Assembly (NCBI RefSeq): GCF_006345805.1
Contig: NC_042999.1
Location: 82,956,001 to 83,020,000 of the forward strand
Length of the DNA: 64,000 nucleotides
Source: Octopus sinensis
Lineage: Eukaryota
Direction: 5' to 3'
This document shows positions 51,899 through 64,000 of the stretch, in pieces. Positions within the stretch are counted from its first letter, which is position 1. Each line of letters begins with the position of its first letter. The notes below the pieces were generated by a model that saw only the letters and a program-made list of their open reading frames with translations, did no database searches and had not been told where the DNA came from. The position numbers and the translations under genes were made by a program.

Positions 51899-53904
51899 CT
51901 GAAAAATATCAGTTTGTGTTTGCTGGAAATACTCTTCAGTCAGAAAGTCAGCTGCAGCTTGGATTGCTTAACATAAATAACAAAACGAATAGACACACGC
52001 ACCATACGCAAATCAAACATAATTTGTACAGTATCACTGCAAATAGAAAGACTGTACGAGACTTGGGTCTCTGTTTTTATAAGAAATGAGACGGTGCTTG
52101 TCTGGAATTTGAACTTGGTAATGAAGAGTAATTAGATAAGCAAGGCATTTTATATTGCATGCTCTTCTGATATCAGCATATATTTCAACCTTTTATTGTC
52201 CCTGCCCAAACTGCAACCATTGCTGCTGCTGCTACTACTACTACTACTACGACGCGTATACTATTTATGAGTGTTATGTGATGTTGATTAAGAGGAAAAT
52301 AAGAACAGAAAACAATATAAAAAGGGTGGAGTGGACTAGCAATTAACTAAGATATGGGGACAGGAGAAATATGTATGTATATGTGTGTGTGTCTGTATCT
52401 GTGTGTATTTTAGTAGCTCACAAATTGTGGAAAACAATCTATCAAATTCATTGATGAGTATGAATTACATTTTTTAGTGTTTTATTTTTTTTTTTTTTTA
52501 CCAACCAATCAAATCTCATTGGTTAAATCATATTTTGATATGTTTAAGAATATTTTTGCTTATATGTTGTCACTCTGCTTCCTTTCTTTAATTATTGGAG
52601 TCTGTAATGTGACAATCAGGCTTAATGATTCAAGAACCTTAGCTCTGCGTGTATGCTTAAATATATACTTGTATGTGTGTATAATATATACATACAACAA
52701 ACTTTCCAATCAACTCATTCATATCTATTGAATTTTTACTTGCCAAGTATAAGTATCACACTATATACACACACATATATGTATGTGTTTGTGTGTATGG
52801 ATTTACATACACACACACACACATACACAGAGAAGGAAAGCATTTGGCAGAAAGAAGAGAAATAGAACATGAGGAGTTTATTTTAATCGGTAGAAAGTTA
52901 CAAAAGTGATTCAAGTACCAAGAGTTGCATGAATGTAAATGTATGTATGTGTGTATGTGTGCGTGTATACATATGTATATATATGTGTGTGTGTATATCC
53001 TAACCTGTCTTTGCCCTCCCACTCAACCTCTTTCAGCCTTACTTACTGTCGCTCTCTTTTTTTCTCTCTCTCTCTCTTTCTCTCTCTTTCTCTGTCATAT
53101 GTACACTGATTTCTCAGTCCTACTCATATTTCTCCTCCCAACTCTCACTCATACACATTCACTCCTTCACTCTCCCCCTCCCTCTCCCCTTTGTTTTAAT
53201 TCATATATCCCCTCCCTACTCCCCCACTCCCTCACAGTCTCTCTATAAATCTCTTCCTGCTGTTCCTTCCTCTTTACCCCTTACCCATGCCATTTCTTTC
53301 ACATACAAATGTTCTGTAACACAAACCAACCTCATTCACTACATAATCTGTTTTCAATCAATATTTTAGATGCTGTTATCATCCATATTTTCTTTCACCC
53401 TAATTTTCTTCAATTCTTTTCATTTTTATTTCATTTTATTTTTATTTTTTTTTTTTGTTTTCTCTCCTTTTTATTGCGGGTGTTTTGCATTGTTTTGTTT
53501 TTTTGTTGTTGTTTTAACTTTTCTGCAACTTTATTAAATTTTTTTTACTTTGTTTTCTTTTCACCATTTCCTCATGCACTTGGTTTGGTTTTCTTTTTTC
53601 TTTAATTTTTAAGCTTTTCCTTCCTTCTCTCTTTTATCTTTCTTTTCTTCGTCCACCAGTCATCTCCCCCACCCCCCCACACACTCACTCACACATTTAT
53701 GTATTTATTATAATGCTGAGAATTTACTCTGTTGCTACTCTGTGTTTCACAATTCCTTTCTGATCGAACGACTGTTGTACATTCAATGGAGAACTTTGAA
53801 ACTCAGAATAGCAACAGGGATAACCTCAAAGCTATACTCTTCTTTAGCATTGAGTACTCTTCCCTCTCACTTATTTCAGCTCAAATGTGCACACACACAT
53901 CATC

Positions 53905-54570
53905 ATCACCATTTAACATCTGTTTTCCATGCTGTCATGGGTTGGACTGTTTCACAGCACCTGGCAAGCTGGACAGCTGCACTTGGCTCCAGTTGTCTGC
54001 TTCGACATGGTTTCCAAGGCTGGGTGCCCTTCCTAATGTCAACCATTTTTACACTGTGTACAGGGTGCTTTTTATGTGGCATTGACACGGAAGTTTTGCC
54101 TGGTACTACCACAGGTGCTTTGTTAAATGACACTACCACAGGTGCTCTGCTTTGTGGCACTAGCATGAATGCTCTATCATGTAGCATTGGCACAAGTGCT
54201 CTATCATGTAGCACCGGCATGATAACTCTAACATTTAGCACTGACACAGGTGCTCTGTCATGTGGCACTGGCATGGGTGCTGTCATATGGCACTGGCATG
54301 GGTGCTTTCATGTGGCACTAGGAAAGGTACTCTATCATGCAGAACTGTCAAAGCTGATCTATCATGTGGAACTGCCATAGGTACTCTTTTACATGGCGCC
54401 AGAATGGGTGCTTTCTCATGTGGAACCAGCACTTGTGCTTTTTTTTTATATGGCACCAGCACAAGCGCTTTATTACATGGTGCCAGCACAGGTGCAGGCA
54501 CCGATGCTGTTTTACAGGGCACCAGCACTTTCTTTTACATGGCGCCTGCATGACACATGCATTACATGCA
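53905..54570 (-). mobile_element. RTE-tailed SINE containing an expanded ~24-27-bp minisatellite
   Basis: Tail at 53905-54070. Then about 18 diverged units of T(C/T)ATGTGGCAC(T/C)(A/G)GCA(C/T)(A/G)GGTGCT at about 54070-54550. Confidence 0.82.
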
Positions 54571-56379
54571 CTCTGATATAAACCTTGTATGTCATGTGTT
54601 CCTTCATACTATCTCTGTCTGTGTCATATTATTAGTTGCTAGCAAATATTTCTTCTTCCCCACCTCTTAACATCTCATCTGTTTATTATTATCTAATCTG
54701 TTTTTTTTCTTTTTCACCAAATATCTTTCATTCATCATTCGCCTCCTCCTTCATCCCTTTCCTTTCTCTTATCCTTGTCCTTTATTACTACTTCACTTGC
54801 TTGTGTTCTTTTCCATCAAAATAATTCTCTCTTTCTTGTCTTCTAGGCTCTTATCTAGCTTCTCTCATTCTCCTGTCATCTTTTCTCATCTTCATATCTG
54901 TTACTCCCACCTCATCTGATCCTTCTTGTTATTACTTTTCATTTTGTTAATTGACCTCTGATTGTCTAATAAATAAAACAATTGTTTCTCAACACCCCTC
55001 CTACTCAAGTATTCAGTTTCTTTCTGTATCTAGCCAGGCTCTCTTTCATCCTCCCTTCAACTTCAACTTTCCTTCACTTTTCTTCTTTCACTCTTTCTCT
55101 CACTCTCTCTTTGTGTTAGCAAGTATATTTTTTATTACATCTCATCTGTTTCTTGTTAACTGGCACCTCCAATTACCCTCCAATTGTTCCTCACCTTTGT
55201 TCTTTATTTCCTTTATTTTATCTTCCCTCCTACCTATTCACACTCCCTGGGTTCCTTACCTCATATCCTGTATCTTTTTCATTCTGTCTTCCCTTCATTC
55301 TAACCCCATTTTTACTTTAGTCTCAATTTTTTGTCCTTCCTTCAGCTTTTTCCTTATATAGTCAATCTTTTTTTTCTTTAAGTCAAAGGATGGGATTTAT
55401 GGAGAAACATTCCCTATAACCCTTGACCCCTTATAAGGCCTCCAATACTTGCAGCCATATGTGCAAGACATGGCTTGAATACATAGACTTCCTGCTGAAA
55501 GCATCTATGTCCCCCACCCCAACCCTGAGGTGGAGTTAAAGCAACACGAGAAATGTTCTATCATCCATATATAGACCATAGCAGGATTTGAACTCACAAT
55601 TCCAAAATCCTGACCATATGTCACAAGGCATTTAATTTGAAGATTCATACTGTTCCCCAATGTATATTCTGTATCACTACATTTTTTTTTTTTGCATCTT
55701 TTCATTAATCTTACAGAATGAAAAGCAAAGTTGTCCTCTACGGGGTTTGAACCCAGAGCACACAGACTTGGAGCAAATAATGCAAGGCATTCATTCTATC
55801 TGATGATCTAATGACTCTGCTGCCAATTTACTCCATTAATATCTTCTACACTGTTGTCTGCCATTCCCCATCTATCTCCCTTCAGCCTATCTCTTCCTGT
55901 ACAAAAACCAGTCAGTCTCTTCTTCAGTCTATCTTTCCTCCTTTATTTCCTTCTATCTTCCTCTCCATTGTTCTCTTGCTGTGTTGTTCATTATCCAGTT
56001 CTTGTTTACATTCTTCTTGTTCCTTTATTATTTACCCTCCCTCCTCCACTAATTCTTTCACATTTACCTCTTGTTCCAACTTATCTATTCTGTCTCTGTT
56101 CTTCTTGTTGATGCTGTCTGTTGATTGTTTTTTGTTTTGTTTTGTATTTTCCCCATTTTACTTTATATACTTGTTCTTTCTTTATTACTTCCTCCAAACC
56201 CTTATTCTTCTGGCTTCCATGTTTTTTCTTCCCTTTCCTAGTTCCTTCAGTTTTCCCTTTTTTTTCTTCTTGTAATTGTTCTTTCTCACTATCAACTATT
56301 TTCTTCCTACTTTGTTAGTGTTTTTTTTTTCACCATTTCTACATACCTTATTTTCTTTTACAAATACCCCTTCTTTCTC

Positions 56380-56540
56380 TCTTCTTCTTCCCCTTCTTCT
56401 TCTTCTTCTTCTTCTTCTTCTTCTTCTTCTTCTTCTTCTTCTTCTTCTTCTTCTTTTCTTCTTCTTTTCTTCTTCTTTTCTTCTTCTTCTTCTTCTTCTT
56501 CTTCTTCTTCTTCTTCTTCTTTTCTTCTTCTTCTTCTTAT
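56380..56540. repeat. (TTC)n microsatellite within a pyrimidine-rich region
   Basis: Direct inspection. Confidence 0.95.
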
Positions 56541-57007
56541 GGAACTATGAAGAAACAGAAAAGTTACCCAGTAGTTGCAAAGAAATTCACTTTCTCTCTG
56601 CTCTTAACACTTTAACTTTCTCTTGGCATTGACATAGATTTGATCCATGTTAATTATGGCAAAGACTATTTATGGGGAACAGTTGGAGGAATTGCTAACA
56701 CAGAAACAAAAGACAAGAAAAACATATAAAAAAAAAATGTCAATGTGGAAAAGGAAGGAGTGAGGATGGGGGGAGTAACAGAAAGGAAATGGAGGTAAAA
56801 TATAAAAAAAAGCAAAGATAAATAGAGAATATTAAATAAATATTACCAAAATTAGATTAGAACCTGGATTTTTTTTTTTCATTATGAACATTTTTTTTGT
56901 ACCATTTTTACAGTTAACACATGTACTCACTCTTCACAAGTGGAAATAGATTTTTAAAAAAAGTCTCTTTCCTGTATATTAATTGGCAAACATGACTACT
57001 AAAATAC

Positions 57008-57012
<5 letters not shown>

Positions 57013-57060
<48 letters not shown>

Positions 57061-57423
57061 ATGTATGTATGTATGTATATGTATGTATGTATGTATGTAT
57101 GTATATGTATGTATGTATATGTATGTATGTATATGTATGTATGTATATGTATGTATATATTTATGTATGTATATATTTATATATGTATGTATATATATGT
57201 ATATATATGTATGTATGTATATATATATATGTATATATATATATGTATGTATATATGTATGTATATATGTATGTATATATATATGTATGTATGTATGTAT
57301 GTATATATGTATGTATGTATATATGTATGTATGTATGTATATATGTATGTATGTATGTATATATGTATGTATATATATATGTATGTATGTATATATATGT
57401 ATGTATGTATATATGTATGTATG

Positions 57424-57454
<31 letters not shown>

Positions 57455-57473
57455 ATATATATATATATGTATG

Positions 57474-57516
<43 letters not shown>

Positions 57517-57890
57517 ATATATATGTATGTATGTATATATGTATGTATATATGTATGTATATATATATGTATGTATGTATATATGTATGTATATATGTAT
57601 ATATATATATATATGTATGTATGTATATATATATATATGTATGTATGTATATATATGTATGTATGTATATATATATGTATGTATGTATGTATATATATGT
57701 ATGTATGTATGTATATATATATATGTATGTATGTATGTATATATATGAGTATGTATGTATATATATATGTATATATATATATGTATGTATGTATGTATAT
57801 ATATGAGTATGTATGTATATATATATGTATGTATATATATATGTATGTATGTATATGTATATATATATGTATGTATGTATGTATGTATAC
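57013..57890. repeat. ~880-bp compound (TA)n/(TATG)n microsatellite
   Basis: Direct inspection. It is the source of the 231-321 aa Y/I/M/C/V ORFs. Confidence 0.97.
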
Positions 57891-58682
57891 TTATATTTAT
57901 ATATATCCTTTTTGTCTATTTTCCCATGTTGGCATGTGTTATAAATAAATATGCTGTCAGCGAAATCGTTTGAGTGTACATAGCATAGTTGCCGACACAG
58001 CAAGGCATGAATTAAGAAACAGGATCAAAACTAGGCAAAATATATTTATGGTTTGATTCTCTATTACACGAAGGAGTGGATAAGAGTTTAAATTCCAACT
58101 TAATTTCGACATGAACATATAGATGTGTCCTATATTTAATTCTGGATTAGTATACATATATTTTGGAGAAGATTGCAGGCATTTCACTTAGTAGAACAGT
58201 AAATTGAAATAATAACCTATTCAAACTAGGGAGCAGTTCTCATACTAGGTACTCTTCCGGAGGCCACATGGCTCTAGGGATCCAATTCTGATTCGTGTAT
58301 ACTGTGGCTTGCTGTTAGTAAATGTTATAGGGTCTGGCACATTGATTTATCTGTTAGGATGGGGGTCTTAAATGCTGCTAAGATGGCCTTGGTAAAGAAA
58401 AGTATTTAGTTCTGTCACAAGTAATTTTTTAATTAAAAGTTGTTTTTTTTGTTTTTTGGTGCTGGGGCATGTAAAGTGGTTGGTGATAATAAGGACATCC
58501 AGCTATAAAGATGCCAAAAAACATAACATAGACAACAACAGATTCGTTGTTTTCTGTTCGCTGTGTGTTATCAGATGGTAAAGGCCAGAACATGGTAAAG
58601 ACACAGTGAACCACTTGTTCAGCTTATAATAAGAATGGAAAATTAGAGGTAAAAATGATGATGATAATGAAATAAATACATA

Positions 58683-58840
58683 TAGGCACAGGAGTAGCTG
58701 TGTGGTAAGTAGCTTGCTTATCAACCACATGATTCCGGGTTCAGTCCCTGGCACCTTGGGCAAGTGTCTTCTACTATAGCCTCAGGCCGACCAAAGCCTT
58801 GTGAGTGGATTTGGTAGATGGAAACTGAAAGAAGCCCATG

Positions 58841-58883
<43 letters not shown>

Positions 58884-59068
58884 GTGTGTGTGTGTTTATC
58901 CCCCTCAACATCGCTTGACAACTGATGCTGGTGTGTTTATGTCCCTGTAACTTGGCAGTTCAGCAGACATGACCAATAGAATAAGTCCTGGGGTCGATTT
59001 ACTTGACTAAATGTGGTGCTTCAGCATGGCTGCAGTGAAATGACTGAAACAAGTAAAAGAATTAAAGA
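58683..59068 (+). mobile_element. CORE-type SINE with (CA)n, missing a short head segment
   Basis: Head, CORE region, (CA)n and tail are present. Confidence 0.88.
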
Positions 59069-59199
59069 ATATGCATACATATCCTTTAAAATTATATTTC
59101 TCTGTTCCTCTCTACCCTTACTCTTTCTCTCTTCTGTTCTTCTCCACCCTAAATTTTTTTCTGAACATTAAATGGTGTCATTTTACCTACTCTGTTACA

Positions 59200-60010
59200 A
59201 TAATAGTAATTGTTTGTAATTTTTTTAAGCACTGGAGCCAGAAATTTAGGGGGGGGGGGCAGTTGATTATATCAACCCAAGCACTTGACTCGCACCTTGT
59301 TTTATTTAATATGGTGCGGTGAAAGGCAAAATTAACTTCAGTGGGCTTTGAACTCTTAGTGTTCATAACTGTACATAAAATAACAAAAAGGAATTTGTTT
59401 TAGCCCTAAAAATAGTGATAATCTTTTCAAACTTTAGCTCAAGGCCAGCAGTTTTAGTGGGTGAAGCATCACCCTCCATACATGTCTGATTCTTATTTCA
59501 TTAACCCTGAAAGGATGAAATGCTATTAAGCATGTTGCCTACCACGGTAACATTTCACTCAACTCATTGCCTTAGCAGTAGTAGTCATAATAATGGTTTC
59601 AACTTTTGCCACAAGGGCAGCAATTTTTGGGGAGGGGATGAGGCAGTTACATCAATCTCCAGTGTTCAACTGGTACTTATTTTATTGAGCCCAAAAGGAT
59701 GCAGAGCAAGGCCAACCTCGGCAAAATTGGAACTCAGAATGGAACAACTGGTGAAATACTGCTAAGCATTTCGTTTAGCATGCTAATGATTCTGCCAGCT
59801 CGCTACCTTAATAATATCATTAATAATAAGGATATTTTCTCATATAGACTGAAGATTTGAAACTTGCAGGGATGGACCAGCTCGTTAGATTGAATCCAGT
59901 TCTTTGTACATAAATTTATCAACCTATCAAGTATGAAAGGCGAAGTCAACTTCAGTGGGATTTGAACTCAGCTGTAGCAAATACCACAGGGTATTTTGTT
60001 TGGTGGTCTA
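59200..60010 (-). mobile_element. Head-to-tail array of degenerate Meta-domain-like SINEs
   Basis: About 4 reverse-complement copies containing AAAGGCAAAGTCAAC..GGAATTTGAACTCAG-like segments. Confidence 0.75.
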
Positions 60011-60024
60011 ATTATTGTACCAAA

Positions 60025-60365
60025 AGAATAAACAGGTAAACACCCTCTTTGGTTATGAATGACCATGAGATTGCACCTAGAAAGTAACCCTCTGAGGCAC
60101 AAATCTGGGCAAGGTTGTTTATGGAAGACCAGCAGTTGCTCATGCATACTAGCCTTCGCTTTCCATTCCATGGGTGTCATCCGAGGGAAAATGCTGATAC
60201 AGCTTGGCACCAGTGACATCACAACTCATTTCCACAGCTGAGTGAACTGGAGCAACGTGAAATAAAGTGTCTTGCTCAAGAACACAACACACAGCCCAGC
60301 CCAGAAATCAGAATCACTACCTCATGATTATGAGCTCAATGCTCTAACCACTGAATTGTGTGCCA
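60025..60365 (-). mobile_element. tRNA-derived SINE (head related to 46660 copy, different 3' body)
   Basis: Reverse complement of ...TCAGTGGTTAGAGC...GTGTTGTGTTCTTGAGCAAGACACTTTATTTCACGTTGCTCCAGTTCACTCAGCTG.... Confidence 0.82.
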
Positions 60366-61625
60366 TCATGCCAAAAGAATACATTTTTCTTTTTGAGGGG
60401 GGGAAAAAAATACAGATGGAAAAGTAAAGATGAAAATGCAGTTAAAGAAAGATTACAATAATTTTTGTCATCACATGTAATCAAAATGATAATCTCTAAG
60501 AAAATGGAACTGGTTCACATCAGGAGAATAAAGCATTGGCGGAGAGGGTGGGAAGGAGGTGCAAAAATTAACTAAATAAGAGTTATTTGTTATCATTTAA
60601 TAGGGGGTAGATTTGATTGTAAATATTTTTTCAGGGATTGGTCTTTGTGTGTATGTGTGTGTGTGTGTGTGTGTGTGTTTGGCAAGAGGATAAAGTCAAA
60701 ACTAAAAACCCCAAATATTTAATCTTTTTAAAAGATAAAAAATAGCTAAAATATTATGACTGGTAAAAGAATTTGAAAAAGAAAGCAAAAAAAATTCTAA
60801 GAAATTGAATGAAACAAAATAGAAATCTGTAATAAAGAAGATAACATATTTTGATCCTTAAAAAATGGCGACTTGATTGAATGGGAACCTTTCTAAAAAG
60901 AAGGAAATAAAAAAAATATAGTGTTTATCAGCACTAAGAGTTCCTTCCTGCTATTTATACGAAAAAAAATAAAATAGGAAAACTCTGTGGTGACTTCATA
61001 TCACACCTAAATGGTTTTAAGTAAATGAAAGCAAGAACAACGAAAAGAAATAAGTTACAGGAAGGATTTCTTTTCTAAAATATTTTTTTAAAAGAATGAT
61101 TAGCAAAAAAAAAAAAAGGTATTAAAATATAAAAGGGTTTTAAATGTAAAATTCTAAAAAAGCAAAATGAAAAAAGAAAAAGGTTGAAGAAAGGAAAAAT
61201 AATAATTTAAGAACGATTTGAAAAATATTAAAATTACAATAAACATGTAGGAATGAAAAATGAAAATAACTTTTTTAAAAGAAAATAGTGTGTTTAGGTT
61301 TCTTACGTTTTGTATGGCAGGAGTAATTTTATTTTGGAAAATTTAGCAACAGCTGTAATGATGATAAGAGAAGTTTCAAAAACTACAACAGCAACAGATA
61401 ATACAAGTATTAGTGCTTTTAGGTAGTTTCATAATCTGTGTGCAAAGTTTCAGAATGCATTTGTATAATTAACCCTTCTGATGCCAAGCTGTCTCAGCTG
61501 CCTCCAGTCTTTTGATATCAAAATCTTCCCATTATAATTTTACACAGTAACCTTTTTTCTGTTACACTATATTCAAAACACCAGCTCAATATAGTCATTC
61601 ATCTAATGAAAAAGTTATTTATTAA

Positions 61626-61927
61626 CCCTTTAGCATTTAGATTATTCTGTCAAAAGTGATGCATATTTATTCACATTATTTTGAGATTTCAACAATGTGG
61701 TTGCTTATATTTAACCTTTAGCTCAGTGTCGGTACATTATGTTGCCATATGAGTTTTCTCCCCTGTGGTAACAGGGCAGTGGCAGGGAAAACAATTTTAG
61801 AGAAAATGTAGTGTGCTAAAGGTTAGAATGACATTGTAGAGTAGGTGTGAGAGGCTGGGTCTGGCTGGTTTGAACATAGAACTGGTAGTATATTTGGGCA
61901 TGATATGGCCAACTTAAATGCTAATGG
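61626..61927. mobile_element. piggyBac-like MITE with a nested second MITE (61715-61822)
   Basis: Outer element TTAA|CCCTTTAGC...GCTAATGG|TTAA; inner element TTAA|CCTTTAGC...GCTAAAGG|TTAG. Confidence 0.78.
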
Positions 61928-63299
61928 TTAAATCTCACCACAGACTACTAGATTATGGTCAAAAAAGGGTTAAGTATATGTTAAAATGTGTAATATTCAG
62001 AGCATTAAATATGCCTAAAGTATTAAATACATTAAGAAATAATTGTGCATCATATCTTATATTAGACAATATTATTTACATTCATTTTAGGAAATATTAG
62101 ACACAATTATAGTTTGGCAAATAAAGGAGATAATTCCAGATATGTTTTAGAAACCTTGCCAGAGTAGATTGGAACCTGGTGCAGCTCCCCAGCTTACCAG
62201 TTTTCAGGTAAACCATCCAACCCATGCCAGCATGGAAAACAGACATTAAATGATGATGATGATTGATGTTTTAGTCTTGTTATGGCTTCATTAGCCAAAC
62301 ATATACATCGTTGTATTTGGCTGCAATAGTAATGGGAGAATCATTATATGAATTCAAAATATTGTTTATTAAGTTGGTGTAAGAAAAGAGAATTCTTTAA
62401 AAAAATAAGAAATTTTGTCAGACAGATTCAGTCTGAAATTATTGATGACAAGCCTTCGCTATTGCAACCACAAAGACTGAACATAAGACCAGAACATGTC
62501 TAAAATTGTCTTCCATACTTGCCAAAACGATATTTGGTGCTTCAAGTGTTAGCAGCGACCCATTTGCCAGAATAGCAAAATTGGCATTAAACTTATGATG
62601 ATTAAAAGTATTTTCCTGTCTTGTGTCTTCACTTCACTTCTATCTATGCTTCTCCTACACAAAATTGCTATATTGTATGTGTGTCTATATTAATTAAAAT
62701 GAATGAATGTTTTGTCCTGTCTCTGCTTTCCGGGTTAGCTTCTGTTATATTTTAATGAAGGCTTCATCCTGTCTTGTATAGTCTTTGGCTCGTCTCTGTC
62801 TACCACGCTAAACACTTGATATAATTTACATAAGTCATTCACTGTCATAGGGGCACAACAAGTGTTTCTATTGCCAACTTTATATAATTATCACACAATG
62901 AAGGATTCTTCTGTATTCTCTCTCCCTCTCTCCCTTCCTTTTTTTTTTCTTTTTGTTTGTTAACCACCGGATCTTTGAGAACATTTAATATATAACCATT
63001 GATTGTGAACAGTATCCTGTGTGTGCCTATATGTGGGTCTCTGTCTCTCTGTATACATTCATGCACATACACACACACACACACACATAATATGTATATA
63101 TAAGTTGGTAACATCATAACACATTTGTATGTAGGTATGAATTTGCAACAAGCACTGTCTTGAAAGTAACTCGAATAGATGTCATGATGTCAAGTTTGTG
63201 TGTGTGGTTGAATACTAGCTAAGCTATGATTGTTGTGTATGTGTGATATAGATAACTTCTATGAATATGCACCTGCGCATATATTTAATACATGGCGGT

Positions 63300-63592
63300 A
63301 TATTTTGCATATTTTAGTATGTGTCTGTGTATATATCATTATCATCATCCTTTGATGTCTGTTTTCCATGCTGGTATAGGTTGGACATAATGATATATAT
63401 GTATATGTATACACACACATAGATAGATATATATGTGTGTTTATATGTATATATGCATATAATGGGCTTTTTTTTTTTCAGTTTGTGTCTACCAAATCCA
63501 TTCACAAGTCCTTGGTTTGTTCTAATAGAAAGCACTTGTCCAAGGTGCCATGCAGGAGACTGAACCTGGGGCCACATAACCATTCCTGCCCC
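63300..63592 (-). mobile_element. Degenerate CORE-type SINE head with an RTE-tail fragment in its microsatellite
   Basis: Head and CORE region reversed at 63465-63592; CATCATC...TTTTCCATGCTGG at 63335-63385. Confidence 0.65.
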
Positions 63593-63710
63593 TATTTATA
63601 AATATAAATCATCATCATCATCATCGTTTAATGTCCTCTGTCCATGCTGACATGGGTTGGATGGTTTGAGAGGTGGCCAGGGAGAAGCCAGACACCTGTG
63701 TCTGTTTTGG

Positions 63711-63754
<44 letters not shown>

Positions 63755-64000
63755 ATTAGTCACCATTATCATTTAATGCTTGTTTTCTGTGCTGGCATGG
63801 GTTAGAGTTCAACACAGTCCACTGGATTCTTAGATCCTGTCAAACCATCTGTTTTAGTTTAGTTTCTGCATTTGGATGCCAATCTTGGGTTTCACTTGAT
63901 GTTGATCAATACTAACATCTATCTCTCATTCCCATCCTGCTGTATTTATATTTTGTGGATGTGTGGTAAGAAGCTTCACAACCACATGGTACTGTATTCA

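Noticed and set aside
51892-51966. Protein-like frame IQAAADFLTEEYFQQTQTDIFQKI
   Set aside because: Needs an AAG acceptor right after an in-frame stop and overlaps a better acceptor; not independently supported.
54070-54550. CRISPR-like periodicity
   Set aside because: Tandem diverged units without unique spacers, no cas genes, eukaryotic context.
53742-54581. 212-aa and overlapping ORFs
   Set aside because: Derived from a SINE and its internal minisatellite.
56983-58003. ORFs of 231-321 aa
   Set aside because: Translation of a (TA)/(TATG) microsatellite (Y/I/M/C/V repeats).

Overview
AT-rich, repeat-dense eukaryotic DNA with no long genuine ORF, rRNA, tRNA gene or CRISPR array. The SINE families and microsatellite load look like an octopus (coleoid cephalopod) intron or intergenic region; this is inferred from recalled repeat families, not from a search. 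The window is mostly: (i) about 20 copies of a CORE-type tRNA-derived SINE carrying an internal (TA)n/(CA)n microsatellite; (ii) tandem piles of a Meta-domain-like SINE; (iii) SINEs ending in an RTE-like tail; (iv) fossil LINEs (two Dong/R4-type, two RTE, one CR1/Jockey-like); (v) a decayed Tigger/pogo transposase with its TIR; (vi) an intact 510-bp non-autonomous Helitron; (vii) hAT-, piggyBac- and Tc1/mariner-type MITEs; (viii) large simple-sequence tracts. All long ORFs in the supplied track are microsatellite, low-complexity or SINE artefacts. The only host-gene signal is weak: one or two phase-compatible minus-strand exon candidates (51848-51898 and 41404-41524) of an unidentified protein. 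I did not find a convincing novel biological system. The most interesting observations concern transposon targeting and nesting, inverted SINE arrays (possible dsRNA/ADAR substrates) and a 93-nt hairpin. Most coordinates of degenerate repeats are approximate.
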